DNA from: Octopus sinensis
Lineage: Eukaryota
Assembly (NCBI RefSeq): GCF_006345805.1
Contig: NC_043019.1
Coordinates: 6,819,360 to 6,883,359 of the forward strand
Direction: 5' to 3'
DNA length: 64,000 bases
The translations under genes and the position numbers were made by a program. This document shows positions 26,001 through 39,405 of this stretch, one piece after another. Numbering within the stretch: position 1 is the stretch's first letter; every line of letters starts with the position of its first letter. Under the pieces are notes generated by a model that was given only the letters and a program-made list of their open reading frames with translations, was not told where the DNA came from and ran no database searches.

Positions 26001-26424
26001 GATAAACTCTTTGAATTACGACTTGTATTTTTTATGTCAGTCATGTTCTTGACTTCGCGTGCAACTTCATTGCAAAGAAGAATCTGTTATGAACATTTCT
26101 GAAGAATTTGGATTTTCTGTCTTGTTTTGTTTTAGTTCACATCCATTTATTCGTGATTCTATGATGAAACATAATATATTTTCTTTTACATTGTATTATT
26201 ATTATTTGTATTTTCATTTTCCATTTTGATTATTTAGGTTAAAATGTTTATATATAAAGAAATATGATAAAACTCCAAATAATGTTTCCATTATTTTATC
26301 CGCTACATACATTATTCAATTTATTCTCGTGATTTTCACGTTTGTCTCTTTTTTCAGTAGCGTTACATGTATATATCTCATTGTTGCATTTTAAGATTGG
26401 CCAGTTTTTTTTTTATTTATTATT

Positions 26425-26580
26425 CAATGCTTGGCTGTGAGTTAAGAACTTTGTCTCCAAATCGCAAGGTCCCGGGTTCACCCACATAGCGTGGCATCTT
26501 GAGAAATAGTCTTCAGGCTTCAGGTCGACGACGGACTTGTGAGTGTAATTACTAGACAGAAACTGAAAAAACCCGGTGTA
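26425..26580 (+). mobile_element. SINE-B 5' fragment, diverged
   Basis: ggctgtgagttaag..ccgggttca..gcgtggcatcttgag..cttgtgagtg..agacagaaactgaaa. Confidence 0.7.
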
Positions 26581-26722
26581 TACATATATATCAGATGTGT
26601 TATATATATATATATACCAAAGTTAAAGGCATTTGAAATTTACATTCGGATGTAATCCGTTGAAATCTACGCACATGATGATACTCCGGTATCGTTTTTT
26701 TGCATCTAGTTCAGCAGATTTC

Positions 26723-26804
26723 ATTCATATCGGCCATGCTGACGAAGACTACGGGTAACCTAACGGATAATAATAGTCGAAACTGATTCAGTACATGGAT
26801 GAGT
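26723..26804 (+). ncRNA. Type I hammerhead ribozyme motif with an intact core
   Basis: Stem I ccatg (26734-38)/catgg (26794-98); CUGACGA (26739-45) plus one extra A; stem II gacta (26747-51)/tagtc (26774-78); GAAA (26779-82); stem III actg/cagt with a 3-nt loop; GUA cleavage triplet; stem I extends attcat/atgagt beyond a 5-nt bulge. Confidence 0.75.
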
Positions 26805-27759
26805 ATTATTTTTCGTATATTTTCACTTGTTTATTGCTTGGGTTGGTGTTGAGTTTGATCTGAGAACATAATCTTTTGTGGAGAATGGCGATTTGACGTC
26901 TATATCTAGCATGTTGACTGTCCACTTTTTCGTGTTCAGTCCTTAATTGGTATATATAAATATTTAATTTTCGGATTTTTTTAATATGTTAGACCACTGG
27001 TTTTAATTGATAAATATTGATTTCTACCCTTAATTAATTAATTATATATATATAACGGATGTGTTATAATACGGTTCCACATATACAGAAACGAGCATAC
27101 CAACAATCTAACATACAACCATCATCAGCTTCCCCACGGATATCATTATCGTTTCGACACCTGGGCAATACCATTCAATATGGCGGTGTTAACAGCACTA
27201 AATAAGTGTTGTTTAGGGACAAAAATACCAAAGAAACCACAAATTTCAAACGCATTTACCCTATGTAAAACCGTATCGGTAAATAAATCCAATAATTAAA
27301 TTTACAACCGACTCTTAAATACGTAACTAAGCAGTAACCAATCCATTGAGTCATACAAAAATTAAATTCCCTACCGTCTTCCATATTATAATATAAAAGC
27401 GAAAGCTTGGTAATCGTATTCATTCAATGAATCAAATTATAGGCAGGATTAAACACTAGCTTTAAAAAAACTAGAACAAAAAACACATAAACCTATGTAC
27501 ATCCTATGGGTGTAGGAGAATAGAACAAGGAAATAACTGTAGCCTGGACCTAATGTTCAAAGATACGAACAAGTGTGTGTGTGTGACTCCGTGTAGAAAC
27601 GAAACCGTGAGAGACATGAAACCATTCAGAGAGTTACTTTAAACTTCGATTTACATACGCGGTGTTTATTTTCTGCCTACCTTGTCAATAATCTTTACAT
27701 TGGTCGAGTAAATATTGTGTTTGGTTATTTCCCCCAAAAAGATATGGAATGGAAAATAA

Positions 27760-28250
27760 GTGCTGAAATAAAACTAAAGGATAAATGGTAAAAACAAAAA
27801 AAAAAAAAAAAGAATACGTTGAATGCATCATATGTAGAAGGGAAGTTTCATATTTATGAAGTACATTAACGGATGATGTTTGCTTAAAGAAAGAAATAAA
27901 ATGTCAGAATGTAGCAGCTATATGAGATTTTACACAATTAGATTATATTTAGAAAAAGCACAATGATTGCAGTAACAAAAAATTTTTACGAGGAAAAGTA
28001 ATTTTAACTCCATTCAATTGGTACTTGCAAATAATAGAAGTTGGGGAAAAAAAACGACATTGCTTTTGAAATGAATCGTTATAGAAGGTTGTTTCACATT
28101 TTGCATTCCGAATATTGAAGTAATAAGAGGATTGGAAAAGATAATATTGGGAAGATTGCGAAATACTTATCTATTTTGACAATTGTTAAATGGCAGAAGA
28201 TAAAGTGTTTTTTGGTTATGTAACATGATACCATAACAGAGTCTAGCAAA
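27760..28250 (+). pseudogene. Decayed RTE-clade LINE ORF2 fragment
   Basis: Nucleotide similarity to 14.2-14.6k and 19.2-19.7k (atagaa..ttgtttcac.ttt; tgacaattgttaaa.tgg). Confidence 0.45.
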
Positions 28251-28254
28251 TTAA

Positions 28255-28555
28255 CGACGAGGTTTCCAGTTGATCAGATCGTCAGAACAGTGGAATTAAC
28301 GTGCAAGTGGTTGAGCAGTCATCAGAGACGGACGTGTGCCCCTTAGTGTAATTCTTAGGGGGATTGGTTGTGAAATATAATGTGATAAGGCCGGCCCTTT
28401 GACATACTCGTACTACTCATGTTTGTCAGTTGAGTATTCTCCAGTAAAGTGAAATAAGGTATCGTGCTCACGAGCCGTACGCACTACCGGGAATGGAACT
28501 CACGCCCTTACAATCGTGAGCAGAATAATTTAACCACAAAGCTACGCTTCTTCAC
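28255..28555 (-). mobile_element. SINE family C
   Basis: Reverse complement of the 16140-16445 body; head gggaatggaactcac..taaccac. Confidence 0.75.
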
Positions 28556-29155
28556 TAGGAAATATAATCCTCAAGGAAAACTCCACTTCTCCGGTTAGTA
28601 CAAGCACATTAGACCACAATTTTTCAATGAGGTTTCAGAGGCACCGGCAAGAAACCTAGGGTGGGAACAAAACATAACAAAAGGAGTCGGACATTATGTG
28701 AGACAGAATAAAGGAGCAGAAGACAACAATTTATAATAATAATAATAATAATAATAATAGTAATAATAATAATACATAAACATCAACAAAAATGCCGTGG
28801 GGTCGGAAGGCAGACCAAAGTAGGTAAGGCAAAGGAGAAATGGAAACTGACGCAAAGGAATATGGACAGAGAACAGGTAGAGTCAGGAGGGCAGAGAATC
28901 GTGACCGGTCCAGTCAAAGGCAACGCAATAAAAGGATGACACCGCCTCAGAACTCCACGAGTCACTTGATAGTGGGAGGAGAGAGGAAGAGTCAGAGGAA
29001 TTAGAGAAACGGTGGGGGGGGGATAACAGCGGTTGAAGGAAAGAAAGAGAGACAGGAAATTGAAAGAGAAGTGAAGTAAAGGAATGGGACAGAGTGGCAG
29101 GAAAATATTGCAAGAATATTTCCAAAAGCGCATAAAAAATTACACACACGCACAC

Positions 29156-29227
<72 letters not shown>

Positions 29228-31872
29228 ACAAACGTGTGGTATGAAAATGTGAGTGGGTGTGCATCTGTCTTTAGGCTCTGTTTACTTTTTGTTTTTGTTT
29301 TTTGTTTACGGAATACTCGGCCATTGTCCAAAACCGCTTTTTTTTTCAAACTACATACCTCAGACAATGCCTAAGTATTGATCGGTAAATAAGTCCTCGT
29401 AGGGAATAATTAGCGTGATCGATACCATTAATGCTTCAATTAAACAATTGAAATTGACACTGCGGCCTGAATTCAATGGCTGAAAGTAGTAAAGAAACCA
29501 AAGAAATATTTAATAAATAACTCTATACAAATATCATCGCTGAGTTTTTTTTGTTTTTCTTTGTTTTTTCTTGTATTGTTTATCCTCGGCCATTAAATAA
29601 GAGTTTCGTTGTTTATCCCTTGGCTTACACTTTGTAAACGTGTGCTTAAAAGCATTTCAACTATAATCATCTTGTCCTTTAGCTAAGACATTCCCAGTAT
29701 ATTTGAGATTTTCGAAGCTAAATTGAGGTCGTATGCCTATGTTAGAAATTGTTATTATGGTTGATACTATTATTATTATTGTTATTGATTTTATACTGTG
29801 ACCGCTTGCACATTAGTATTGTTTATTGAGGTCAGTGGCCCGAACTCAGCAACCGCTTAAATATAGCCATTGGTCTTTTGAGTTCTTTTTGTTGAGCGAC
29901 CTCTCAGCAAGCTTGGCGTTTTGTTTCGGTATATTTTCAGTCCTACGTTCCAATTACAATTAATTGCTCGGAAAAAGTGAAAGATCACAAACAAAGATTT
30001 CCCGATATGAATTACATAAGACAAACAGGTTTAATAGCAACATTTACACATCATCTGAATATTCGTACTGAACAAATTATGAGGCATATGGCGTATCGAT
30101 AAACATCAATAATATTAGTCCTATAAAAACGTAAACTCTCGTCAATTCAAATTATGCAAAGATCGAAACTCTGGTCACATGTTTTCGTGTGTTATGGCCG
30201 TGTCACCGGATGCCGCGAATAAAAGATATCTTTCGTTGAGGCTGCTGTAGTAACTGGTTGAGTTTATGAATGAAAACATGTTTCCTGGGCTGTGTGATGT
30301 AGAACGTGAACAACACCCCTGAACCAGTAGAATTTATTTTCCCACATCAAGACAAACTGTTTAGGAATTTTTCACTTCACAAGAATAAACGTTATACACT
30401 GTGAAAGATAATGCTATGAGTTTACAGCAAGCTATTGGTAAGACGTAATGTTGCTGGTCCAGCATATCTGAAAACTATGGAGCAAGCATTCTGGCAACGG
30501 ATAAAATTTGTCATCAGTCTCAGCTGTCTTTAATGACTGACTGGCTTGACGAGAAGGGATATAGTATTCGCTCAGCTGCCTCATCATTCTGTATGGCAAG
30601 AAGTGAGACGTGTGAATGAGTCAGCTCATAACGTTGTGCCAAGGGTGCTGACAACAAAAGCGGCTTTTTATGGGGCACAAGAAAAAGATTATAGAAAATC
30701 AATTCACAGGATGGCTTGATGTCGATTGGTCTCTTAATACACCGATCATGTGAAACTATTGTGTTTTGATCGTGATGTCTACTCGACTGCTCAGCCGATT
30801 CGGTTTCGAATCTCGGTTTCACCCTAAATCAATATTTGGGATTTTAATTTCATCCAGTAATGTGAAATTGATGTCTAGAAGGCTGCTTCAGTTGGTAAAT
30901 ACCTTTATTTAGTCTCGCTTTTATATTTACCCAGAACTAACGCGTGTGTTTAACACTATGATATGAAACACTCTACGCTTAACCATCCATTGTTTTTTTT
31001 CCCCTAAAGGAATAATATGTTACTCTCTAAATATTAAGATGTATTTTATTTTAAGAAGAGATGGCTTGGTTTGAGAGAAATTTGGCTAGGGAAGAACTTG
31101 AAAGAAATTTTGATATTTTCGAGTCAGATTGATCTTTCTTCAAAAGGACTCCATATTACTTGCTATGGCTTATTTCTACAACATTATTTCACTTTGTGTT
31201 ATTTTATTATTTCCAGTTTGCTGATCAAAGGCATTCCGCTAGCGAGATTCACTATGCATATTATAACAAGAGGGAATACAGTGTAATATTGTGAGGTGCT
31301 GCCGCTACTATTTCTAGCGGTTTGGATTACTGCATGGAATGCAATAACGCTAATAAATGTCCGTTTAGTTTTATCACTTGATATAATAAATATTATGCTT
31401 CAATGCAAGCTGCGAACTTTCTTAATTCATCAACTTGTTTACATCACCTAATAGCTTACGATAACAAGGTTATAGATCATATACAGAAAGAGAGAGAGGG
31501 AGAGAGAGAGAGAGGAGCAAGAGATAGTGTGGGAGATATATACAGACTGGCACGCTAAGAGAAAGAGATTCGGAGTGAGATTTAGAGAGAGCGAGACATA
31601 CAGACAGACAGATAGACACAGCCAAAGAGAGAGGCAGAGATAATCTAACAAATGAAAGAAAATGAGAGATAGTCAGAAAAACATTTGAAGTTAATATTGA
31701 TAATCAGGTGTTAATGGCTGTGTCTAATTAAGAAAAGTCAAGCTAATTGATTTCGCTCACATCTTTAACGGCATCATTAGAAAATGTGGGAGCATACTAA
31801 TATTGAATGGTGTTTTATAATATATACTAATCATAAATATCAGCGTTCTCACTATTTCTCTCTCTTTCTCAT

Positions 31873-31917
<45 letters not shown>

Positions 31918-32149
31918 ATATGTGTGTGTGTGAGTCCATGTGCAAATATATGTATTTGCTGATTGTTTTACACGTATTTACTAGAATCTTGTTAAGTACT
32001 CTAACTAAGGTAAAGAATAAAGATCCTTTCCGGTTGTGAATGGTCATGGGAATGCATCTTTCCCTCTCCACGCCACTAATGTTATCCGAGGAAAAAGCAA
32101 AGGGGTCGATACAGCTTGACACTAGTGACGTCACAACACATAACTTTAG

Positions 32150-32285
32150 CGGATTAAACTGGAGCAACGTGAAATAAAGTGTCTTGCTCAAGAACACAAT
32201 ACGCAACCCGGTTCGGGAATCGAACTCACTACCACATGATTATGAACCCGTCTTTCTTACCATTCAGGCATGTGCTTTCACAATA
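32150..32285 (-). mobile_element. SINE family C 5' part
   Basis: gtgtcttgctcaagaacacaa..cgggaatcgaactcac. Confidence 0.8.
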
Positions 32286-32974
32286 AGTGATAATCGACAA
32301 GGTTATATTCACATATACACACCCATTTTTATACATTGAGACTCCATTATTATATATACATGTGTGTGTGTGTGCACCTGTACGTGCACGTGAGTTTGTG
32401 TATTTCTAGGTGGTGTGCGCGCGCGTGTAGAGAAATTTGTTTACAATGCAAACATCCCACGGGGAATACCACTCACGATCTTATATGTACATATTCCGTA
32501 GTTTGGTTTCTTTAAAATTTTCAAGAAATCGAAAATATTCTTAGACTCTACTGGGAATAAAATTTTATTCACTTAATCTTCTCATAAGCAAGTAATTATC
32601 ACTCCGATCTCCTTCCAGTTTTACTAGTAAAATGCATGTACCACAAATAATGGTTCACCACTTTAGATTTTAATGATCTCATTCTTTACAATTGGAAATA
32701 TTTTCTGAAAAGCTTTGTTGTGTTCTTGACCAAAAATAGAATTTTGACCAAGTTGAAAATCATTTTGGACACAGGTAAGAATAATATCATATTAGCAAAT
32801 TTCAGGAAATACTAGAGTGACATGGTACAGCGTTCTCTAAGAATATTTAGATTTGAAAAACACCTCTGTATACAGATTTAATAGGTTATTATTCCTTTCT
32901 CAGTTCTTCTAATCCTTACATAGTTATTACTTTTAAAGAATTTGTGCTCTAATCACTATATATATATAAAGTTA

Positions 32975-33170
32975 ATCCAAACAAGAAAACACACAAAAAA
33001 AACACAACAACGCGAGGACGTGGAACAAGTATAGTATTATTGGACGCTCAGGAAAGAAGGAGGGTTTAACGTTTCGAGCGGAGCTCTTCGTGGGAAACAT
33101 AGGAGAAGGAAAGATCCCGAGAAGGGAAGACAGAGGAAAAAAAATCGCCAACGGTACACACAAGGTCACA
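32975..33170 (-). mobile_element. Penelope-like terminal repeat fragment with a decayed minimal hammerhead (33064-33098)
   Basis: Minus strand gttt-cccacga-a-gagc-tcc-gctc-gaaa-cg-tt-aaac; flanks homologous to 42550-42730. Confidence 0.55.
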
Positions 33171-33509
33171 TTATATATATTCGTTTAAATAATTGTCAAA
33201 ATGAAAATTATAAAATTATATTTCAGAATAGCAATAACCATGACTTTCTTCGAATTTCTTGGTATAACACTTTGTTCCATTAAAATCACTGGTTCCTTAA
33301 ACATTCTTCACCTTTGGACCGCTTTGATTCCTACTTTACTCTGGTGAACCATTTTATCAACACATTTTTTCCGACATGCATATGCCATGTTTAATGAGGT
33401 TCATATATATATATGTATATATATATATATTATATATATATATTATATATATATATATATATGTATATATCTTTCAAGAACATATTTTGTTTATGATTTA
33501 TCAATTACA

Positions 33510-34030
33510 ATGTTGGTAAGCTGGCAGAATCGTTTGAAAGCCGGGGAAAATGCTTTGCGGCAATTTATGTACGCATAAAATCTAACTAGCTTACTGCCGT
33601 ATCAAGGGCCAGGCGTATCAAGGTTTGTTAATAGTATGTCTAAATCAGCGAGCTGGCAGAAACGTTAGCAAGCCGGGCGAAATGGTTATCGTCTGTCTTT
33701 ACGTTCTGAAGTCAAATTCCGCCATGTCGACTTTGCCTTTTCTTCTTTTCGAGGTCGATAAATTAAGTAACAGTTGCGTATTGGAGTCGATCTAATGAAC
33801 AGGCCCCGTCTCCAAAAATTTCGGGAAATGTGCCTAGAGTTGAAAAGAATATTTAGCACGCCGGAATAAATTTTTAGCGGTATTTCGTCCGTCTTTACCT
33901 TTTCAGTTCAAATTTCACCGAGGTCGACATTGCCTTTCATCTTTACAATATCGAGTTGAATACTTGCGTCAATACAATCGACTTAGCCCTCCTCCAAAAT
34001 TGCCGGCCTTGTGCCAAAATTTGAAATCAT
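33510..34030 (+). mobile_element. Three same-orientation SINE-A copies
   Basis: Heads at about 33514, 33648 and 33853. Confidence 0.8.
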
Positions 34031-34305
34031 TATTAAATGTATATCTCCTGAATCTTCGACTAGCTTCGTGATTTCAATTCAACTTTTACATTTAAGAAAA
34101 GCCTGAATGCCAAAGTGATCCCGGAGATCATTTCCGTGTGAGGATTACAAATATATCTGCAAGAATTAAGAATATTCTAATCAATCTCTTGTAATTTCAT
34201 CTATCATTCTGCTTGAATATTTTATCACGTATTTGCTAAAATACTTTATAATAATTTAATTCTTTTGTTTTGTTTGGTTTCTCGTTTGTCGATAAATAAT
34301 TACAC

Positions 34306-34908
34306 GGAAAAATGCGAACAAGAGAAATAATATTCTTAAGATTATAAATCTGGAAAAATACAGGACAAGTTATGATTATACTTGGAAAGGCTCAGGACAA
34401 CTTATTACATCTGGTAAATAGAGAACAAGGAAAGTTTTACTTAAAATATTGCAGCTAAGGATAAAATTTCAAATAGAATATTTAGATTTAGAATATATTA
34501 GCTTTTATTAAAGCTAATAATTTTATTACAAGTTATTACTTTCATTTGTTATTACTCCTTATTCCTACTCAAAACGAAAAACAAAATTTAAAAAAAATAG
34601 TTCAAAATGTTTTTGCAATTTAAAAAATTATTAATTAACAGCTAGAAATTTGAAAATAGATTATGAAAAATAATTGGCTCTTATTTTTTAAGTATTGTAA
34701 TGTGTCATTATTTTCACAAAATGATGATACATTTTTTAATTGTAATGTTACTTTGTAAATTAAAATCAAATAACTTTTAATTTTCAAATTTTATCCGTAG
34801 CTGCTTTTAAGTTAAAATTTTCTTCTTCTCTATTTACCTGTTGTAATAACTTGTCCTATACATTTCCAGGTTTATAATCTTAAGAATAATATTTGCTCGC
34901 ATTTTTCC
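34306..34908. mobile_element. Foldback/MITE-like element with long inverted arms
   Basis: 34306-34473 is the approximate reverse complement of 34782-34908 (ggaaaaatgcga, attcttaagattataaa.ctggaaa, ggtaaatagagaa, gcagcta.ggataaaattt). Confidence 0.65.
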
Positions 34909-36928
34909 ATATAATCCATGTTTTTTTATGCTAAGCTGTTTTTCTAATTAATAATGTGTCAAATTTGTCAATTAGTGGTGTCGTTGATAATATTTTTCCT
35001 TATATCAATGATGCCGGTGACATATATTAAAAGTCCCCATGACTTATATTCATAAAAAAGTATAGAACTATATTATCACCATCAGATTTGAGAATGAAAC
35101 ACTCATAACTTTTTTGTTTTAAAACTTAATTGCATGAGATTGATACCATGGAATTCCTCGAATTTAGCTCAATCATTCAAGCTTAATTAAAATATAGTTT
35201 GTAATAAAAATAAATAAGTTTAATTATACTTAAATCCAATTTTTTGCCTTATATTGTTTTTCGTGATATTTTCCCTCACAACGTTTTGATATAAATTTTT
35301 GTTGCATGGGACCAAACATGAAATTCTTCATACTGTCTTTTATCATTGAAGCTAAGGTAAATGTCTTTTGCATTTAATATAATAAAAAAGTTATTTAGAT
35401 CTAAACTTGATTGGTGGAGTTTCTTCCTCTCCTATAACGTCGCAACATATTTTGATGTAAACTTTTTTCTATGAACCAAATCTCAATTTTTTAATCAATC
35501 CCTAAATGTAGCTAGGGACCAGCCTTCTTAAAAAATGTTAGCGTTTTTTTATTTGGTTTAGAACTGAATTAGCGACAAGCTCTGAAATTTGCAGCGTGTG
35601 AGTAAATTGCGGCCTTAAGTATGTTATTCAACTACCACCGCATTTGAATGATAGACATCTTAATAGTTTACAGAGAAAATGGTTTCCCAATCATTAATTC
35701 TTGTGGTGAGATATTCGAATTTCGATCGACAATTTCAACGCCGAATACATTTGTGCCACAAATAGCAAGAAGTGTCCTTTCACTTAACACAACCACACTT
35801 CTCAATTGTTTCCCATTAACGGTAAATGTCATTTAAAAATTTTCACTTTCTCGTTCCACATGCACAGAAGAGATCTCCACCTCTCTTTCTTTCTCTCCTC
35901 TCTCTCTCTCTCTCTTTCATTCTTTCTCTCTGCATCTCTCTATCCCTCTTTAGCAATTAGAATATATTTATTGATTGTCTTGTTTAATGGCGTTTGACCA
36001 AATTGCAAAGCGTTCAACAGTGATTAAACATTGCATACGCTCACCGATCTTCTAATGAGGCAGAGGTACTGACCAAAAGAAATATCAAAAACTGCTTCAG
36101 GCTTCTGATCATTGTAACTTATTTCCAGCTTTAGAGCCTGGACTTTTCTTCAGCCTTTAAAAAACTGATCACTTCTCACTACTTTTATCTGATATTAATC
36201 TAATCTTTCTAAAAACATTTTCTATTATTCTTTGTTTAAAAATTAATTTTCTTTAAAATAACTATATTCATAAAATACATTTAAGAGAGAAATTTATTGC
36301 AGCAGTCTAAACGTATATCCTAAAGCGGTGACAAGGAACAGAACTGAATAGCAAAAGGATTTTCCGAGAAGAAACCTACCTAAATAAAGTTTTTCTGTCC
36401 TTAAATTTATATACAGAAAGGGGTTCGCCCGCATCCTGTTCATGTATCTGTTGTACTTTTTTCTGCTGAAAATTTTTACCCACTTGGTTATGGAAGACTT
36501 CTCGCGCATTTCAACTGCTTGGAGATTTCATCAAGTTATAACTGCCCTACGTTGACTCAGCTTTGAAATTTGCATTTAAAGAAGTGACGTGGGTGAGTTT
36601 CTTGTACGAACAAGAATCGAAATTCAAACCGATTCTTCTATATTGCTGCTGTTTGGAACAAACAGAAAAAGCCTACACTGACGGTTCATTTCACTTTCTG
36701 TACGTAAGCCGTGCCCACATTCTTCTCCGCGCAATAGCAGAGATCAGCTCCGTATAAAGGTGTTAGACTATGGCGGTTCATTAAAGTTACATATTGGTGC
36801 TTTGCGGGCTCTTCATTGAGGCAGATTTCTTTATGCCCGATGCAGCATAAGTCGGGAGAAATGTAATCATTTTAAACATGATTTAATGTTGACCTTGCGA
36901 CCGGGCCCATCGCGATGAGCTTAAAGCC

Positions 36929-36952
36929 AGGAACTTTCAGCCCACCCGCGTA
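36929..36952 (-). mobile_element. Possible mariner-type terminal inverted repeat
   Basis: Minus strand TA-cgcgggtgggctgaaagttcc resembles the TA-flanked end at 60377; no partner TIR found. Confidence 0.3.
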
Positions 36953-37140
36953 CACATACAAACACACACGCACACACACAATTATGCATATATATCTTTT
37001 TACATATATACATACATACATATGTGCACTGAAAGACGTATTTGATACAACCATGTAGATATACCTGTATATCCACGTATGTAAAAAGGCTTATATACAC
37101 GTATACATACACACACAAACATATATATATATATAAATAT

Positions 37141-37565
37141 CTCTTTTACTCTTTTACTCTTTTACTTGTTTCAGTCATCCGACTGCGGCCATGCTGGAGC
37201 ACTGCCTTCAATCGAGCAACTCGACCCCGGAATATATTCTTTTGTAAGCCCAGTACTTATTCTATCGGTCTCTTTTGTCGAACCGCTAGGTAACGGGGAC
37301 ATAAACACACCAGCATCGGTTGTCAAGCAATGTTGGGGGGGGGGACAACACAGGCACACAAACACTCACACGCATATATATATATATATATATACATATA
37401 TACGACGGGCTTCTTTCAGTTTCCGTCTACCAAATCCACTCACAAAGCTTTGGTCAGTCCGCGGCTATAGCAGAAGACACTTGCCCAAGGAGCCACGCAG
37501 TGGGACTGAACCCGGAACCATGTGGTTGGTAAACAAGCTACTTACCACACAGCCACTCCTGTGCG
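37141..37565 (-). mobile_element. Full-length SINE family B
   Basis: Reverse complement of the 55484-55903 architecture. Confidence 0.92.
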
Positions 37566-38101
37566 TATGTATATATATGTATGTATAAACACACACATGA
37601 AGTAAATTGGCCGCATCATATACACATGAGACAAAGTAAATGGATGCTTAGCACATGAAAGAGAGAAAGAAAGAAAGATATCATGTGACAGTGTCTCCAT
37701 AAAGTCAATGGAGCTATTCAGGTGTTGATGGTTATGTCTGGAGAAGAACAATGGAAAGCAATTGTCGCTATTGGTCAGGATTCCGGCGCTCGTGAAACAA
37801 ATAAGCATTAAGGCCAATGAATGATAGATCGATTTTCTCATCCGATAGATCGGTCGATTGATTCGTCTGCGTTGACCGATGTACAAACAACACAAGAGAA
37901 ACAAAAACGCGGAGAACAAACTGGAGAAAGTTCGTTTGTGTCGGTCTTTATATATCAATATATATATATATCAATACATACATACATACATACATACATA
38001 CATACATGCATGCATATATACAAACAAACGCACACACACACACATATATATACATATATATATATACATACACATATATATATACATATATACACATAAA
38101 T

Positions 38102-38137
<36 letters not shown>

Positions 38138-38529
38138 GAATATATACGTATATATCTTTATATATATATATATGTATATACGTATGTATGTGTGTATGGA
38201 TATACGCGTAAATATGTCTGTATATATATATATATACATATATATACATACATATAAACATATATATATATATCCTATGTATATTTGTATATGTACGTAT
38301 ACACACATTTGAGTATGCGTGCGTGTGTGTCAGTGTGTGTTTCTAGTTTTTTTTTGTGTATCAGTGTGTCTCACCCTCTCACAGTTTATCCACCACCACC
38401 ACCGCTTGGTAACCGATGTTGGTGTGTAGAGCAGAAGAGATTGAATGAGTAATACCAAGCGGAAACCAATAAAATATATGTGTGTATATGATTTAATACA
38501 CAAACACACACACAATATCCATAGGCACA

Positions 38530-38594
<65 letters not shown>

Positions 38595-38825
38595 CACACA
38601 TACACACATGCATACATAAAAGGAATGCTAAAGACGGAGGATGGAACCCACGGGAAACTTTATTTTGTACAACCTACCCTGAGGAATTCCTGCGCTACAT
38701 GCGGCGACAAGTGTGTAATTACTATGGATGCGCCTTCAAATCTGTAATTACCTTGGGTGACATCAGGTAGACGTGCTTTATCGTCGTAGTTCAGGAACAT
38801 ACCAAACTTTGATATTGACTTTCAT

Positions 38826-39190
38826 ACCTACCTACCTACCTACCCCGACCTACCTACCGACCTACCTACCTACCTACCTACCTACCGACCTACCTACCCA
38901 CCTACCTACCTACCTACCTACCTACCTATCTACCTACCTACCTACCTACCTACCTACCTACCTACCTACCTACCGACCTACCTACCTACCTACCTATCTA
39001 CCTACCTACCTACCTACCTACCTACCTACCTACCTACCTACTTACCTACCTACCTACCTACCTACCTACCTATCTACCTACCTACCTACCTACCTACCGA
39101 CCTACCTACCTACCGACCTCCCTACCTACCTACCTACATACCTACCTACCTACCTACTTACCTACCTACATACATACATACATACATATA
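38826..39190. repeat. (CCTA)n tetranucleotide tract grading into (CATA)n
   Basis: Direct reading; explains the LPTY ORF. Confidence 0.95.
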
Positions 39191-39199
39191 TACACACAC

Positions 39200-39405
39200 A
39201 TTTAAATAGATTTTGTTTCTCTCTCCGTTTTTATTTGTCGCGTTCTCTTCGTTTTCTTTCTTCCTCTCAATCCTTTTTTTGACGAAGAGCGTAGGCTTGA
39301 ATCGTCAACAACTTTTCCATTCTTCCCGAACGTTAAACTAATTGAGCTTCTTGCTGCTCCTTCACGTGTCTTCGTCTTTTGCTTTCTTTAAAATAGAACT
39401 ATGAA
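39200..39405 (+). mobile_element. Penelope-like terminal repeat fragment with a decayed minimal hammerhead (39275-39310)
   Basis: ttt-ttgacga-a-gagc-gtag-gctt-gaat-cg-tc-aac; downstream cgt.aaactaat..gtcttcgtc.ttt matches the reverse complement of 46505-46600. Confidence 0.55.

Noticed and set aside
27120-27162. Hammerhead-like words on the minus strand (gtcGAAAcg..CUGAUGAugg)
   Set aside because: Order would need a type II fold, U16.1 is missing and stem II pairing is poor
28625-28668. ggtttc/gaaacc hairpin with a cctagg palindrome
   Set aside because: No CUGANGA; GAAA is itself paired
32519-32860. Imperfect inverted repeat of about 25 bp (aaatattcttaga)
   Set aside because: Short, AT-rich, no TSD; chance cannot be excluded
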